Below the pieces are notes generated by a model, which made no database searches, had not been told where the DNA came from, and worked only from the letters and a program-made list of their open reading frames with translations. Shown here in pieces: positions 12,901-29,900 of a stretch of DNA of 64,000 nt. Made by a program: the position numbers and the translations under genes. How positions within the stretch are numbered: position 1 is the first letter of the stretch; each line of letters opens with the position of its first letter. Source of the DNA: Balanoglossus misakiensis. Its lineage: Eukaryota > Animalia > Hemichordata. Location: assembly GCA_040954595.2 (NCBI GenBank), contig CM082587.2, forward strand, positions 1,263,500 to 1,327,499, in the 5' to 3' direction.

Positions 12901-15900
12901 CAATGGCAATAAGGGGTAAATGGCGGGGGCTTTCATCTCAGATGGAAAGTGTACTCAAAACCGTTTCATTCACGCACGTTTGGCTGCAACTCTACTGTGT
13001 TTAGTCAAGCCGATTTGAGTCATCACTGGATACACACACGTACACACACACACGTCACGCACGCACACATGGCGAGATCTCACCACACATAAGTGAGGAC
13101 ACCCAGTCAGCTAACAACCGACCGATAGGAATGTTTACTCTCGCTGCAAGAATACTGATAAAAACAAAATGAGAAATGTTTTGTAAGTTTCTGTCTTTGG
13201 TGTGTGTGTGCATCAGTAAAATTCTGAAAACATTATATAGCTCCAATTTCTCTGATATGTAACACAGACCGCCGATAGAATTCAATTTGTGTCTGAGGGT
13301 TGACAGACAGCCGACGCAACCAAACGAAAAGCGTCCGAACATTACACAGTACTGTAAAAATGCACCTATCACTGCACGGTTGATGACAGTGTAGAATATC
13401 TCCAACAAACATTTGGGAATTGCCCCTATTTCCTCCACACACCCTACATCCCCCGCATTGCTGATGTATTTGAACAAATTGATTGGGCTGAACCATTTTG
13501 TAGGCAAATGGAGGGGGGAGTGGCAGGTGGGATATGATAAATTCATCCCTTTAGGTTTTTTCAGGATTTCCCAGGGCCACTCTGGGAATTCTGCACAAAA
13601 CAGACCCACACTCATTGGAGAAGAGAAACATTTCCCTCTTTCTACTTGGGTATATGTAGGTGTCGCCTTGAAATATTTTTTTATATATGAATGATGAAAA
13701 ATCATTAATTGTTTTAGAAAAGAAAATTCTGATCAGTGATAACAGACTTTAAACAAAGAGCTGTTTTGATGAACACTGTTTTGACAGCAATTTTTGCAGA
13801 AAACTTCTTGGAGGACTGCTATTGCCATTTTCGTTGTGGAGAGTTGAAATTGAATTGAGCGAGCATGTGAAGTGATTGAACCGGACTGGTGCCACAAACC
13901 ATGTGGGCTTCTGGGAACAGAGACGTTGTTGTCAGAATTTGTTTATCTCAACGGGATCTGCACATTGAAATGATGGAAAATGAGCTGCTTTTAACATATG
14001 GTGGTTTCTGTCCATAAAATGCAACACAGGTCTTTATAATTGAACTAAAGGATATACACACAGAGACACAGACACATATGCACAGGCACACATAAAAATC
14101 GAACTATGCAATCCAGACCAGATATCAACATCACCACCACCACTCAGTAGCGAACATCAGACCTTATTTTGGCCTTGTTCCCTACTCAAGGTTAATCATT
14201 TTTTACAACAGCAACAAAACTGCGAACAAGACACCCTTTTCAATACGAGTAAAATAGTCCGCAGCAAGTCACGCTAACGACACAAAGGAACAGTTGCCCC
14301 ATGTGCGTGCAATACGTCCCCGTAACATTGACTAAATATATTAGGATACCCCCATTCAATGGGAAACCTCCAGGATTTAAGTTGATAAATTTTGTCAACA
14401 AGCATTAGGCCATTTTGTATGCGTTTTAGTGTTTTTTGTAATATAATAGGGTCACCTCATAAGGACTGCTAAGCCAGGGTAGCGTGTGGGCATATATACA
14501 TATTCATGATGGGGCTTGGGCTAAATATGCCGCCAACATCTGTTAAGTTTTGTTCGCAGTCAACTATTTTTGATATTAAGCTCTGAAAACAACACTGCTG
14601 TATACCTGGGTACAATGAGCTGTTAGTTTTAAATAATTGTTTAGATTCGTGTTTACTCTTGCCTACGCAAACTGAAACTGGCTCACGTTTGGAACTGCGG
14701 CTACCCAGTCACTAACATAGAGCGTTCTCAAGTCAAACACTCTTATGATTTCGCTCAAAGCTTTCCAACTTATTTCAACACCACTAGTGCTCACGGAACG
14801 GCACTTCCATTGTTGCTAAAAGAGCTTTGTTCGGCATGACCTTCAGACTTAAGAAAAATATATTTGACCATAGTCAAACTTTGTCCTCAAAACTGAAGAT
14901 CTGAGTACACAGTTTGGCTCTGTAGATAAAGTTGCGAAATGTCAATATATGTGACCTGCAAAACAAAGACTGTCAATTCGAACATTTGATGACCAGGAAT
15001 CTGATTTCTTTTTCCTCCGTCATATTCAAAATTTATGACAATTGCACAATCTCATGAATGGCTAATCACAACCTGCAATTTTTGCCCGTCTTCGAAAAAT
15101 TCGGCAATCTCCTTTGTTGAGAGAGGAATTAACTTCGCAATTGAAAATGTTAAAAAATTTCCACAAAATGTCTTCATATAAAATTCATTTTCAGTTGAAT
15201 AATTTTGCTTGACAGCACTAATGCCATGAAAACATTTTAAGCATGAAAGATGATAAATATGAATGAGGGAAATGAAATAACCAAATAAATCTTTCAGACC
15301 TGTGATAATAAATTGCAGAGCAAAATGGCAGCCACCGTTTCTTGATGATAACCTCTAGGGCTTGCCCGACACTGTGTAATCTTCTCTCAACATAGACTAA
15401 TCTTGAAATTTGCCTCTGAAAATAGCATGGCTAGGTTTTCTTAACAGACACAATTTAAGTTTGTAATCAGCACAAGCCTTAAAAGAGATTACGGTTAGAG
15501 TCCTCTGTTCTAAACGTGAAATTTTCAACATATCAGAAAAAAGAAATTGACGGTCCCCCTGAGGACCCACTGACTTGTTTATCTCGATTTGCAAAACATT
15601 GGTTTCTTTGAAATTCTGTGTTGTCAGTTTTATCTAGTTTCAGGCAATCAAAATGAGTCCTGGCTTACAGCGACTCGCTAATGGGTTAGAACAATTTACT
15701 GGCATATTCTAGAACACTATTTCTGTGTTAATGTAGTGTAGCAACGCCAGTGAGAGCTCTACAAGCCACCGTGGCATGCCCTCTGTCAGACTGGATCCAT
15801 CAGTGATGCTCGCCAAGGCATTTTACCCCAGCCACGTTTCCTAGCCGGGGACCCATCCCCATTGGCTAAATCAAATTTTCTCCTGATTTGCTTGCAAAAT

Positions 15901-18680
15901 GGATTACCGCAGCCGGGCCGACTGTTTTGCTAAAATAACCACTCACAAAGAGTGAAATCTAATCTTATAAATTCAATTCCGTTTTCGTTTTTCTCGGCAT
16001 TGTGTGCCGTGATCACAGCGAATATTGAAGATGCCTAGTCTCCCTTTGTTGGGTATCTACACAACATTATTGGGGTCAGGCAAAATTGCTACATTACAAA
16101 AGACTGGCTACATCTCCTGGGGTTGGTAGAACAGGATAAAAGCTCTAATAGTAAACCATTAGTCTTAATGCACCGTATTGGCTAAACACAAAAAAGCATT
16201 AACTATTGCAACAGTCCAGACTTTACTGGGAGCTGATCTCTCGCCTCACATATCGCCATGGTATCGTGGCATTTTTCACCCAACAATACTGAGAGACGCT
16301 GGGCTCGACATTTAGCAAAGCCATTAATAGGAAGTGACACCATTATTAAATGAAAGAAATTCCCATTTTATGAGAAATTGGTAATAGTGGCAGAAAAGTG
16401 GGTCCTTCTCTAATGCAGGGCAAAGGTCAGAACAAAAGTAATATTGGGGGAGCTCTCTTTGTTGAGCACTGTCGACAAACACCCCCTTTTTCGACTGTTT
16501 CTTTACATCGTATTTTCTTTGACAAATATGCAATGAAGAATTAAAGTATTACATTTTGAGACGGACCAATTTTATGATAGTAAATATGTTGCACGATGGT
16601 AGTCAACTATCAGAGATTCTCAATACCACGGGTACAAAAGTTACTGAACTATTTCGACAAAGGTGACATTGGAAGCATTTTTTTTGGGGGGGGGGGAGAG
16701 TTCACCAATCTCCAGGTTCAAGGAACATCTGAAAATGATTTCATCATTGCAGTGTTGGATGTTTTCTATCAAATTTCTGTCAATCAAAATTTTTGAAGTG
16801 TGAAAATTTCATTGAAAGACCCCACTTCCCTCTAGGGAAAGCCACAACCAGCTTAACACTTACTCCCATCAATCTGTACAAATTAAATACCAAACTAAAC
16901 AGATAAATTATGGTTTGAAATTACACATTTCTCTTCTTCAGTATTTGCCAATCCTGAGTTGACCTACAGTTTGGTCGAGTGAAAGATAATGACAATCATA
17001 CTGACCAATCATATGTACGTCAAAATATATAAATGTAGCAATTACGGTTTGTAATTCTTCATTTTTCAAAATGACCTGGCTTTATGAAAATATAACATTA
17101 CTTAATCCAAACTGCTATGGTATGAACATTCCCGTTTGAAATTCAAATTTTGTAAGCGCGACTCAAAAACTATCTGCTTCAAAACGAAATGTTTTCTGTG
17201 GTTGTATCTCTAAGCCTTCTATTTTTTCATGACCTGTGGTATGTCAGACGCAGCACTAATCAGCTGTTAAAACAAAATAAAGATCATGTTATCAGAATCG
17301 TATTATCCTGGCTAAAGAGTGAAATTCGAAATTCAATTAAAAGCGTGTTGATTCTGTTTGGAGAGAGCAAGGGTCCCTGGTTAGGTTCACTGGCCAGCTG
17401 TCTGCCACAGTATATCCATCCTTTCCGATTGGTCAAAAGCGAACCTGACAGGTTGAACCTGACGTACGTCGCCGCGAATCGCTTTCCTACTAATTATTGT
17501 GACAGAACCCCCCTTTGGCTTTCCAGTCGGCAAGGGGGAGCCCCCGCTGACCGTAAAACAATCTGCTGTTCTGACACGGCGTTCACGCAACTAAACACTG
17601 CTACCCGGTATTAAAACGACAGCCCCAATCAAAGCGCTCTCCTCAGAGAGATCTAATATGTTGCTGCCTGGATCCACATTTTATATAATGTAACCAAGTC
17701 ATAACGCCATGTTAAAGTTACTGCATTAAAACACTTCTACCAAACCACCGGAGGACAGGAAGGCGAGGTCTACACACACAGCCAATTCCATTCAGCTTAA
17801 TGTTATATTGACACATACATTGAAAAGCTAGCCCTTTGGGCAGTTCATTTAAAACTAGAAGAAATTGAGTTCTGTACATACACGTCTGTCATCTTTCTGT
17901 GGTGTATCTACAGAACGCAGCCTGGAGCAAGAGGTTGCTGAATGCAGTTTGCAAAGATAGTTGAATAGAAGCCGTAAAGCACGGGAAATGCAACTGTAAA
18001 TATACGTAAAAAAAATACTAATGCAATCACGAAAATTTAAACAGACCTTTAGAAAAAGGAAGAATGGAATTAAAAGGTTTAATTGTATATAAACTGATTT
18101 GGTGCGAGTGTAGTGCCAGCATAATGTGAGAGAGATATTTACTTTGCATTGAACCGGTCCCATTCATCACAGCTACACATATCCATCCAATTTTATGATG
18201 GCATAAATGTCAAAATTACGCGCCTCTATCTATATAATGAAAATAAATATAGAACAAAACAAGTTATTGCCATTTATCACTTTGCCGACCGGAAAATGAA
18301 TTCGAAACGGAAACTACCCTCACACACAACCTTCTTGAATACCTAATTTGCAGACACGGAGCTGATGCGAGTCCTTAGCATATCTGTTGGGGTGTAGCGT
18401 AACCAACGAATTTCAGATTAATGTTTAATCATGATTTCTAAAACTCAGAATACCTGGTTTTCACACTGTTGTGGACATGTGCTTCATTAATATTTTACGA
18501 TTTTTCTCCCACTGAAATTAAATTGCCCGCCCCAAGAAAATATTATGACGGCAGCACTAAATGGGGAAATCAAATCTTTTCTCAATGACGGATGACCTAA
18601 CACTGTCCACTGAATGTCCCCAGATGCCTCAGAATTCTGACATTCATATTTCAGATGGCGACTGTTATATACAAGCAAAC

Positions 18681-18804
18681 AGGTCATTTTGGCCAAGATT
18701 TGGTTATCAATGCTTACATAAGGTCATTATCACTTTGACCAGGTTATTATTGCTTGATGTCAGGTCATTATCACTTGGGTCCAGGGTCATTATTGCCCTG
18801 ACCA
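18681..18804. repeat. Degenerate 20-22-bp minisatellite, 6 units beginning AGGTCATT-like
   Basis: Units start at 18681, 18701, 18721, 18741, 18762 and 18784. Confidence 0.75.
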
Positions 18805-21800
18805 CCTAATGCTCTCCCTATAAAGAGTACTATTGTTGATAAAGCTATAAGGTGAGGTCTTTAAAAGTAAATGTCAGGGCTATAAAACGTATTAGCAATT
18901 ACTTGCCAACAGTGCAGCGAAATCTGGACTTCTGTAGTCTGGTCTCCACCACCGATGCAGTTTTCAAGCGGAATTTCAAAGTGTAACGTCATGTTTACAT
19001 ACAATTGGTGAATAACTGTCAATCAGAATGGGAATTTCAAAATTCCCTACGTGGAAATCGTAATTCTATTAAGGATACGAAAAATGAGCCTTAGACTTTT
19101 ACTGGTGTTGTCAAACACTATTACCAAATAACACAAACAATTTCTACACAAGAAGGGTTTTAAGACTCTTATTTTAATATTCACTAGACAATTCTCTTTA
19201 CATGTATTACTACTTTGCAGTAACAGAAATTAAAACATTTTTACTACGACCTAAGAAGTGATTAGCATGACAGAACTGGCCTCATGTTTAGAGAGAGATA
19301 AAAAAACAGGGCAGCTCACGGTGGAGCCAATCTTCATTACAAGATAGTTCTGTTGGTTGACTTGTCAAGGGATGCTGCATAACAAAATTGTAGTTTATGT
19401 CTGACCATCAAAATGCCGATCACCCTCGAGCAATTTTCAAAAGATCAGAAAAACAACTCGGCCATCTTGTTCTGACATTCGACATGAGTCACTTACCATG
19501 CAATAAAATACTCGACATTAAACTAAGTGGAGGGACATGAAAATTTTACAACTTCGGGAGTTCGACGATTTCAACTTTTGTCACAGTTATATTTGATGGA
19601 CTGTGTACAGAGCAACGTAAAATGTGATGTACGACCGGTTTGTGAGCAAACCCACAAATCAGCCAACACAATGGCAGTGGTACGCAACTTTTCAACGATT
19701 GTCGAACGTGTAGCGTACGACATCTCTGCATAATATTCCTGTTCAGTGAACACAGAGACCAGTGACAGACCGCAGTTCCTTGCGAACCAATAATGCCTCA
19801 TATATCATCGACATGTTCCCCCGATCAAAAAAGTGACAGAAATAGCTTTGACCAGACCCAAGCCAAGTTTTTACTTGCAGAAATTACCGAAAAATGTAAA
19901 CTGCTTCACCACAGGAAGATGATATTTACATGATGACGTAGATGTCAGGAAAACGGGCAAGCAAAATCAGTATTTGGTCCTCATTTACGTCCAGCAACAC
20001 TGAGATAAAAACATGGCTGCCTGACAACGCCAATTTTACACTTGTCAATACAGAGAATTGCCTCTACAGAACTCGCACTGCCAAGGCCAGTGCATTTGCG
20101 AAGGACAGCTGACCAGAAATCCCCTGTCAAGGATAATTAGCCTCACAATATCCCGCAATGAAAATCGTCAATCATTCGGGGGAAACAAAACACTGCCAAG
20201 ATATTTCATAAATCTGTCTCCAACCAGGGAACTTTGACGCGATAATTTGCTCTCGGAAATATCCGCGAGATCAGAACAGAACGTGTACGCACAACACGAT
20301 TGTCCTTGTTGCTGCATTGTACTTTGTAACAATGAAAATTTGTCCACAAAACATATGGTGTCTTCATGCCTAAAATCAATGTTTCCTTGCACAGGAAAAA
20401 TAAACTAGACATACACGGTATATTTCAGCATTATGCCAAAAAAATGCAAAAAAGATGCATCAGATAATGACAGATATCAAAATAATATCCTAGAAAGGAG
20501 GAAAACTATGCACAATCAATACAACAGTAGCACAGCGCATAACATGATTTCCCTAGACGCCTTCAACAAACTGAGACAGGAACGATATGGTAACCAATGT
20601 TAAAACCGCCACTAACCAACAAAGTACATTGCACAGAGAATCAATATCGATCAAGAACAATAGGCAGTCTGTCTACCACAATATTTCCCCGGCTAAACTG
20701 ATCCTACACATTGATAAAACAGCGACTCTTTCCTCCCCGACGACAACTACCAAATAAAAGAGCTTCAACGTAGTGCTCTGTTTTGTTGTGTGTTTGGGTA
20801 CGGCGACTGCTCATTGCTGGTACGATGATACGACACCTCATGTTTGCTGTCGATCTCCCAACTCCAGCAACAACAAATATTCCTGTAATTTCCACATGAA
20901 AAATAGACAGTGTGCACACTCAAAAGACTTTGTTCGGATTTCAGTCAAGGCTGAACGTGAAGGAAAGGCACACCACTGCCCCGTTGGCCTATATTGCCAT
21001 TTTGCATTAACGTCAAATGTAAGTGTAGACATTTTATTACTGTACTCTGGCAGTCTAGCTGGTAGTAAGTTTCTAAACTTGTTTTTAGAAATGTAAAATA
21101 CTTCTACAAACAGCAAACAGGTCATTGCTAATTTTACACTGAAATATGTACTAAAATTATATTACATACCATTTGATGCTGTTTTTTCATTGCTATATAA
21201 GCTCCATCCTACCTACTTTCAGATTTGAATTATGATCCCAAAAAATGACTGAATTTATTTTTTTTATAAAAATAACTTTTTTAGTTATTTTTCAACAAAT
21301 GCAGCTGAAACTTCCCGTTTGGATTATTTTAAAGATAGCAATTATTATTGTTATTATTATGAAGTGAATTAAAATGAATATAAGAAGCTGCATATGAGTA
21401 TTTGCAAAGTGAGCCATCCACAGGAGGTTCAAGAAACCACCTCACAGTTTAACTATCAGTTACAGGACCTGTGTGCAATTCAAGACTTTGATGGCAACCC
21501 CATTTGTAAATATTAGTCATTTGGATTCAACAACAGAAGTAGCAAGTCAGATAAATGGTTGCAATGAACAAGGCCACACAGAGAGATCAGTGGATCCATT
21601 TAGTCCCACATACAAAGGAAGTCAAATCTTTTGCTCCTTCACTGGGCATGCAGGTACAACTTTGCACGTATCTAACCCAACATTTTTCAGGGGAGGAAAA
21701 ACAGTCAAACAGCTGACAGTTGCCAGTCTCCACAGCTATTTTTAAACTGGGTTGAATATAAAGATATTTTTAAACTGGGGGAACCCACAATTAATCACAT

Positions 21801-22814
21801 CTCATTTATCAAGTTCATGGCAATAAATTTCCATTGAAAACCAGGACAAACTGTTTTCATTCCTTGCACAAAAAACAAACCTGCGGTTTGGCTATGAGCT
21901 TCAAAATTAGAATGTTCGCACAATGACAAAGTTGATGCTTCCCACAGATTCTAAACATTCTGAAAGCAAAAGTATGAGTTGGTCTAACTCACACCACAGA
22001 GATAGAGGTTATAAAAAATCGTATCATGCTTGGAACCTTCAAATTATTTTATGAGTAAGTCTTCTGTATGGAGGTATTGGCTGCTTGCCCAGCTAAACTC
22101 TTCCCCGCTCTGCGTATCGTAAACAGACTTAGGCCCTCTGTAGTCAATTGTCAGGTCAGTTTACAAATTAAAATGAAAACCTGGTTTATACGTGAGTATA
22201 AGTACATCTGACCATCAGATGCAGACTTTGGACATATCAAACAAACTATTGGCCCTGCTTTCAAGTGTTCGGGCTGTTTTCTCACTGACCCCCGAAGCAC
22301 TCGTCTCCTGGTCTTTCTGACATGGTAGAACAAAGTGAATTATCAACATAATAAAAAATCAGATCCACCTAAACACAGACTGATAATCACACAGGCAACA
22401 TCTTAGTATTCATCACTGACTTCAAGTTGACTATTTCTGTTATTACGCTGTCTTCAGTCTTGATAAATCAGTTCCTCGACTGACCCAAAAGCGTTGGAAT
22501 GTTTTTGTTGAGCGAGGGGCAGTGATTGATTGATAGAATTGTAAACTTTTCAATACAAGAAAAGTTTAGGGTTCAGCCGTACCCCAAGGATGTCTGCAGT
22601 CGTAGTGTCCTCACACTGAAAACTTTCAACTAAAAGTGATAAGACACATTTTGGTCAAAAGTTTGAGAGACCTGTGCCAAGTAAAATAGTTTCAACAACT
22701 TAGCAACCCTTTTTCCAGGTGTCACTATTTGTACAAATCATCAACATTGAGATATTCTTATCTCTGTGCGGGTATTTTTTTTTTATTCGTAGATTTCCAT
22801 TGTGATGACGCGAT

Positions 22815-22972
22815 GTGTGTCCATTTCGATGTGTGTCCATTTTACCCGGCAGAAATGGACAATACCCGATGTCCATTTCACCCATGTCCATTTCACCCGG
22901 CGGAAATGGACAGTACCCGGTGTGTCCATTTCGTTGTGTCCATTTCACCCGGCAGAAATGGACAGTACCCGA
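22815..22972. repeat. Hairpin minisatellite, three ~52-bp units
   Basis: Each unit has two TGTCCATTT and one inverted AAATGGACA; stem-loop TGTCCATTTC-ACCCGGCA-GAAATGGACA. Confidence 0.9.
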
Positions 22973-23964
22973 TGAAGCCCTAGAAATTAACAGTATCAAT
23001 GCGCACTGCGACAATACAGGGGTCGCAAACCGGCCATCTGCACGTCCGCCGCTTTTGCTTTGCTGACCGGGCAGCAGTCTTTGTGACGCCCGTATTGAAT
23101 GCAGAAAGTACAGCTATGCTCGCTGCTGAGATCGGTCACTGCGGCCGGTCAGCCCACTAGTGGCGTTCATATCGCGATTCCATAAATTCCAGTCCCCATG
23201 TCCTCGTCGGCTCCTGGCTAGACACCGCTACGTACTTCCTGAATTTATTATTAGGGAAATTGCGTTGGTTCCAACCGAGGGGCTTGATTTCATAGGTGGT
23301 TTTCGAAGTTCCTCGCGAGCTCTAGGATGTTTTATTGGAGCGAGGAACTCGAAAGGAAGCCCTGGGTGCGAAGATTCACGGTGAATTCAGAAGCGATCAA
23401 TCGCGGTCCAACCCTCGGAGCGAGTAATCGCAACAACAAACACGCCAATGATTTGTCTGCTTGCACTGTGTCCCGAAATGCCCGCTCGCCTGACAACACG
23501 CATCAGCTAAACACGGAATATGGCTAATGAAGATCCGAATTCGACAGGATTGCCTGCATTTGGTGTTTTCAAGGCGTTGCAATATGATGCATAGTCAAAA
23601 GTACGAGACACAAACATTAACGTGAAATCGACATCGTACGGTTTGTTACACTGTGTCAACTGCTTCACACACTGATCACCCGAGACAAAAAATTAAACAG
23701 CGACGCTCCCTGCCGCAGTACTCCGATCGTGGTCAGCTCTGTCATTATTCATGGCTATATTTCACTCGACAGAGTGCCTTGAATAATATTTAGTAAATAT
23801 GCCGGTGATTGACTATGCTATCGTGGGAAATACTGGCCAGGATTTTTTGGAGGGAAGCGTTCGAATGCACGGATCGAACCAACATGGCGGCTGCCTTATA
23901 AACAACGTGAAGCATATATACACAACTCGCTCACCAACATGACCAATGCACAGAGAAATTTCTA

Positions 23965-24144
<180 letters not shown>

Positions 24145-24160
24145 TCAAATTTCACACTTA

Positions 24161-26352
<2,192 letters not shown>

Positions 26353-26536
26353 ATGGCTCTGATAGACGATCCATCGTTCATCATTGCCCACATCAGACAC
26401 GCTTACTTAACCAGCGATGACACCGGAATGAGCGAAATGGTCATCGTCAATGAAGACCTCGACTACAGGGCGAGAGAGAATGTTAAAGATAAAGGTCAAA
26501 GTTCAGAGGTCAATAAAGCAATTCTTGATGAATACG
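26353..26536 (+). CDS. MAPKAP1: MAPKAP1 coding exon 1
   Basis: [30 protein letters not shown] resembles human [30 protein letters not shown]; donor G|GTAAGA. Confidence 0.96.
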
Positions 26537-26706
26537 GTAAGAGAAGGCATGAAAAAAATAAAGGGTGAACAGATATGGGATTTTTTATACCTGATGCGTA
26601 TTTTATATTCTGAAATAAAGAAATAATAATAATAATAATATGAAAAATCTGAGCTTATTAGTATCTGAACTCTAGTGATGACAACATTCTTCCTTTCCTC
26701 TGAAAT

Positions 26707-26761
<55 letters not shown>

Positions 26762-26807
26762 CTTTCATCATCATCCTCCTACCTCCTCATCATCACCATC
26801 ATCATCT

Positions 26808-26867
<60 letters not shown>

Positions 26868-26926
26868 TATCAACATCATCATCATCATTATCGTCATCAT
26901 CAACATCATCATCACCATTATCGTCG

Positions 26927-26992
<66 letters not shown>

Positions 26993-29900
26993 ACAACAAT
27001 TGTATGAGTTATGTCACATAACACAAAACATGTGTGATAATGTTTTATTAACTAATTGAGAATAAATTGACTCAATAAATAGAGGGATTTCTGATTGTAA
27101 CTACCAGTATTTGGCAGATATTATGGACTGAAAGTGAAGTCCCTAGGACATGATGATGTAGAAGCGAGAGCTATCTATTGATAGCTGTGGCTTTTTCATT
27201 AGTAATATCATAAACTACAGCCAAATTAAAAAGCAGTCCATGGTTCATTATACAAACATTATTGCCGTAAAATTGATTTACAAGTAGAGAAAGCTGCTGA
27301 TAACAGATTAGAGATATGAGTCAACTGTCCTTATCAGTGATAGTAGAATCTGGCTCTGAGTGGTGTGTACAGAGCTTGCAGGCCAAGCAGAAATTTACCT
27401 GTACATTCAAAATTTCTGCGATTCACTTTTCAGGTTACCATGACAAGGACCACTATGCAGAATCGTATGATATTGAAAGCACTTTCGATATCGGTATACG
27501 AATGCGGTCGAACACGGCAGCGCGATTGGAGAAATTGCGCCAGCAGCGAAAGAGCCAGCCACGAACCAAACACATTCAGTGGAAAGATAAGCCTGTACCA
27601 TTTAATGGTGAGTTTAGCTAGATATTGGTTTTTAACAGTGTTGTTATAACATATAACTCTGAAGTTTGAGTATGTACGTTTGCTGGTAATACCTGTGATA
27701 TGTAATTATGAAAGGTGAGTGTAAGCGCCTTTGTGGGAATCCCCCAAAAAGCCACCGATAAAAAGACCACCTAGACTGACAAATATCATAAATGCAGATA
27801 TACGAGCGGCCACAGAAAAATAAACTGTAAAGTTGCAATTAAAGAGCGACAACAATCAATAAAATTTCATGACTGATCCTTCCCCCTTAATGATATCAGT
27901 CATGGTGGGGTCACCGGAAATAACCTCTAACTCCTTGCAGTGCTGGCTTCTTGTGATATGCCGCATTTGTGGGTGTCCTGTAAAACAAAATGTGACACTT
28001 CTTGACAGGTTTTATTGGTATAAGACTGAAAAAACAGACAGGAACAAAATTAGTATTATCACACAGCGTGAGGCATTTCACATACTCAATGTAAGAAATA
28101 CTTTTCCAGAAAGAAAGCCACCAGAGTAGAAAGTAGACAGAAGTACATACTGAAGAAAACTAACAATGATAAGTTAAGTTTTGTGGCTTTTGTCATCAGT
28201 TGAATACATCGAGAAACCAAAACTGAACAAAGACAAAATTTGATGTCAGTGAAATTGCTTTGACTTCAGTATATAGGAAAATTATGCCTACCGGTACTCC
28301 CAATGCTATAACTACAATGTCTCCATTTCCGATGAAAGTCATGGGAATATTTCCCCCACCCAATGAGATTTGTTTTGATTGACAGGATTTTAGTTGAAAC
28401 CTGAAATATTGATAACTTTGGAGTGCTGATATATTTTGACTTTCTTTGGGTCTTTGCAAAAGGTTTGTTTCTGCTATGACATTTGAAAGAATGGCTTTGC
28501 ATATTGGAGACTACAGTGCTATTGTTAATCATAACCCCACAAAATTGATCAAGAAGGGAATACATTTTTCTTGCCCTGAAGGAAAATTTAAACAGTAGCA
28601 AACAAGAATAGTCAAAAACCAATTTGCCTCTCGCATATAAAAGTACCTGCGATGTTCCATCATGGGATTACATGATGTTATTGTAGGACAGCTGAGTGCC
28701 ACATATACTTACAGACTAATTCTGTTTGGTTGACTTGTTAATTTCAAATGAAGAAATGAAATTGATGTACGATAAAATTGTTGCCAAATCAAATAGTTCA
28801 ATAGACCGTACAATTAATCAGCTGCCATTGTTGTTCTGGTAATTCCCTGCCCTCGGCTTGCTACCTGTGGGACCGTTGTTTTTAATTTTTTCCCCGTCCC
28901 TTTGCCCGCGAATTCTCAGTGCTTCATAAGAAAAAACCATTAGCTAAGTAGCAGGGATGCCATTTGAGTCTTTCGTTAATTCCGTAAAATTAAGTTTCTG
29001 GTTCACTTCAAATAAGAGGAGCTTCTTATGCATAATATTATTGGTCAAAGTTCAATTCACTCTAGACTATTTTTTCACTTTTAACCATATTTGCTACAAC
29101 ACCTGAAAGTCTTATCTTCTCATCGTATAATTCATTATATTTCAAGGCTTGGTCATGAAAAAATGATTTAGGATTAATGGTTCCACAATAAGTAACCGCA
29201 GTTATTTCGATCGACGTTATTCTTTGCACCACCCCTCTTATGTCAGTATAGATATTTTAAAATATCCAACAAACTGAAAAGTGGGTTACTTTATTTATGT
29301 TTTCCCCCACTTCTTGATATTTTTAAATATCACGCAAAGCAAGTGGGTCATTTTATTTGGGCTTTCATAAATAAAGTATTCAATTGATCAATAAAACTTT
29401 TATAGTAAGTATGTTTTTATCTGTCTGGTGTTCTATCTAAAGTTGTTATTTACTTGTCTTCACAGAGGATGATGGAAGTCTCTTTGATAAGAGGGAAGTG
29501 AAAACCAACAAGCCTCCCCAGGTGTCAGCCTTAGCTATGCAGTTGGAAAAATTCCCGCACCAGACCAATAACCCTTTTAATGAATATGCAAAATTTGATG
29601 GCACGGTGAGTTCAGAAGTATTTCGGTAAATAGAAGGACCTGTAACTTGTTAAATGTGAAAGAACTGATCATGCACGGACAACAATGATTAATTGTATGA
29701 TAATACTTTTTTTTTCTCATCTAGATCCACATCAACAGCACAAGCATCATCGTGAAAAAAATCCACATATATCTGACAATGCAACTACCTCAAGATAGAA
29801 TTCCTCCAATGACAGTCTTAGTGATTCCGTCTGCCAGGGTACAAGAGTTGATCGGTCTCATCTGCTTCCAGTACACCAATGAAGGCAGACTTCCACATCT

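Noticed and set aside
13055-13705. Longest ORF in the track (216 aa, minus strand)
   Set aside because: No recognisable domain, atypical composition, includes TG/CA repeats; consistent with a chance intronic ORF.
22815-22972. CRISPR-like palindromic repeats
   Set aside because: Eukaryotic intron, inter-repeat sequence is itself repeated (no unique spacers), no cas genes.
23017-23030. CAGGGGTCGCAAAC, hAT-like terminal repeat
   Set aside because: No matching inverted end or target-site duplication was found.
26675-27007. Poly-Ser/His and poly-Met/Asp ORFs
   Set aside because: Translations of the (ATC)n microsatellite.
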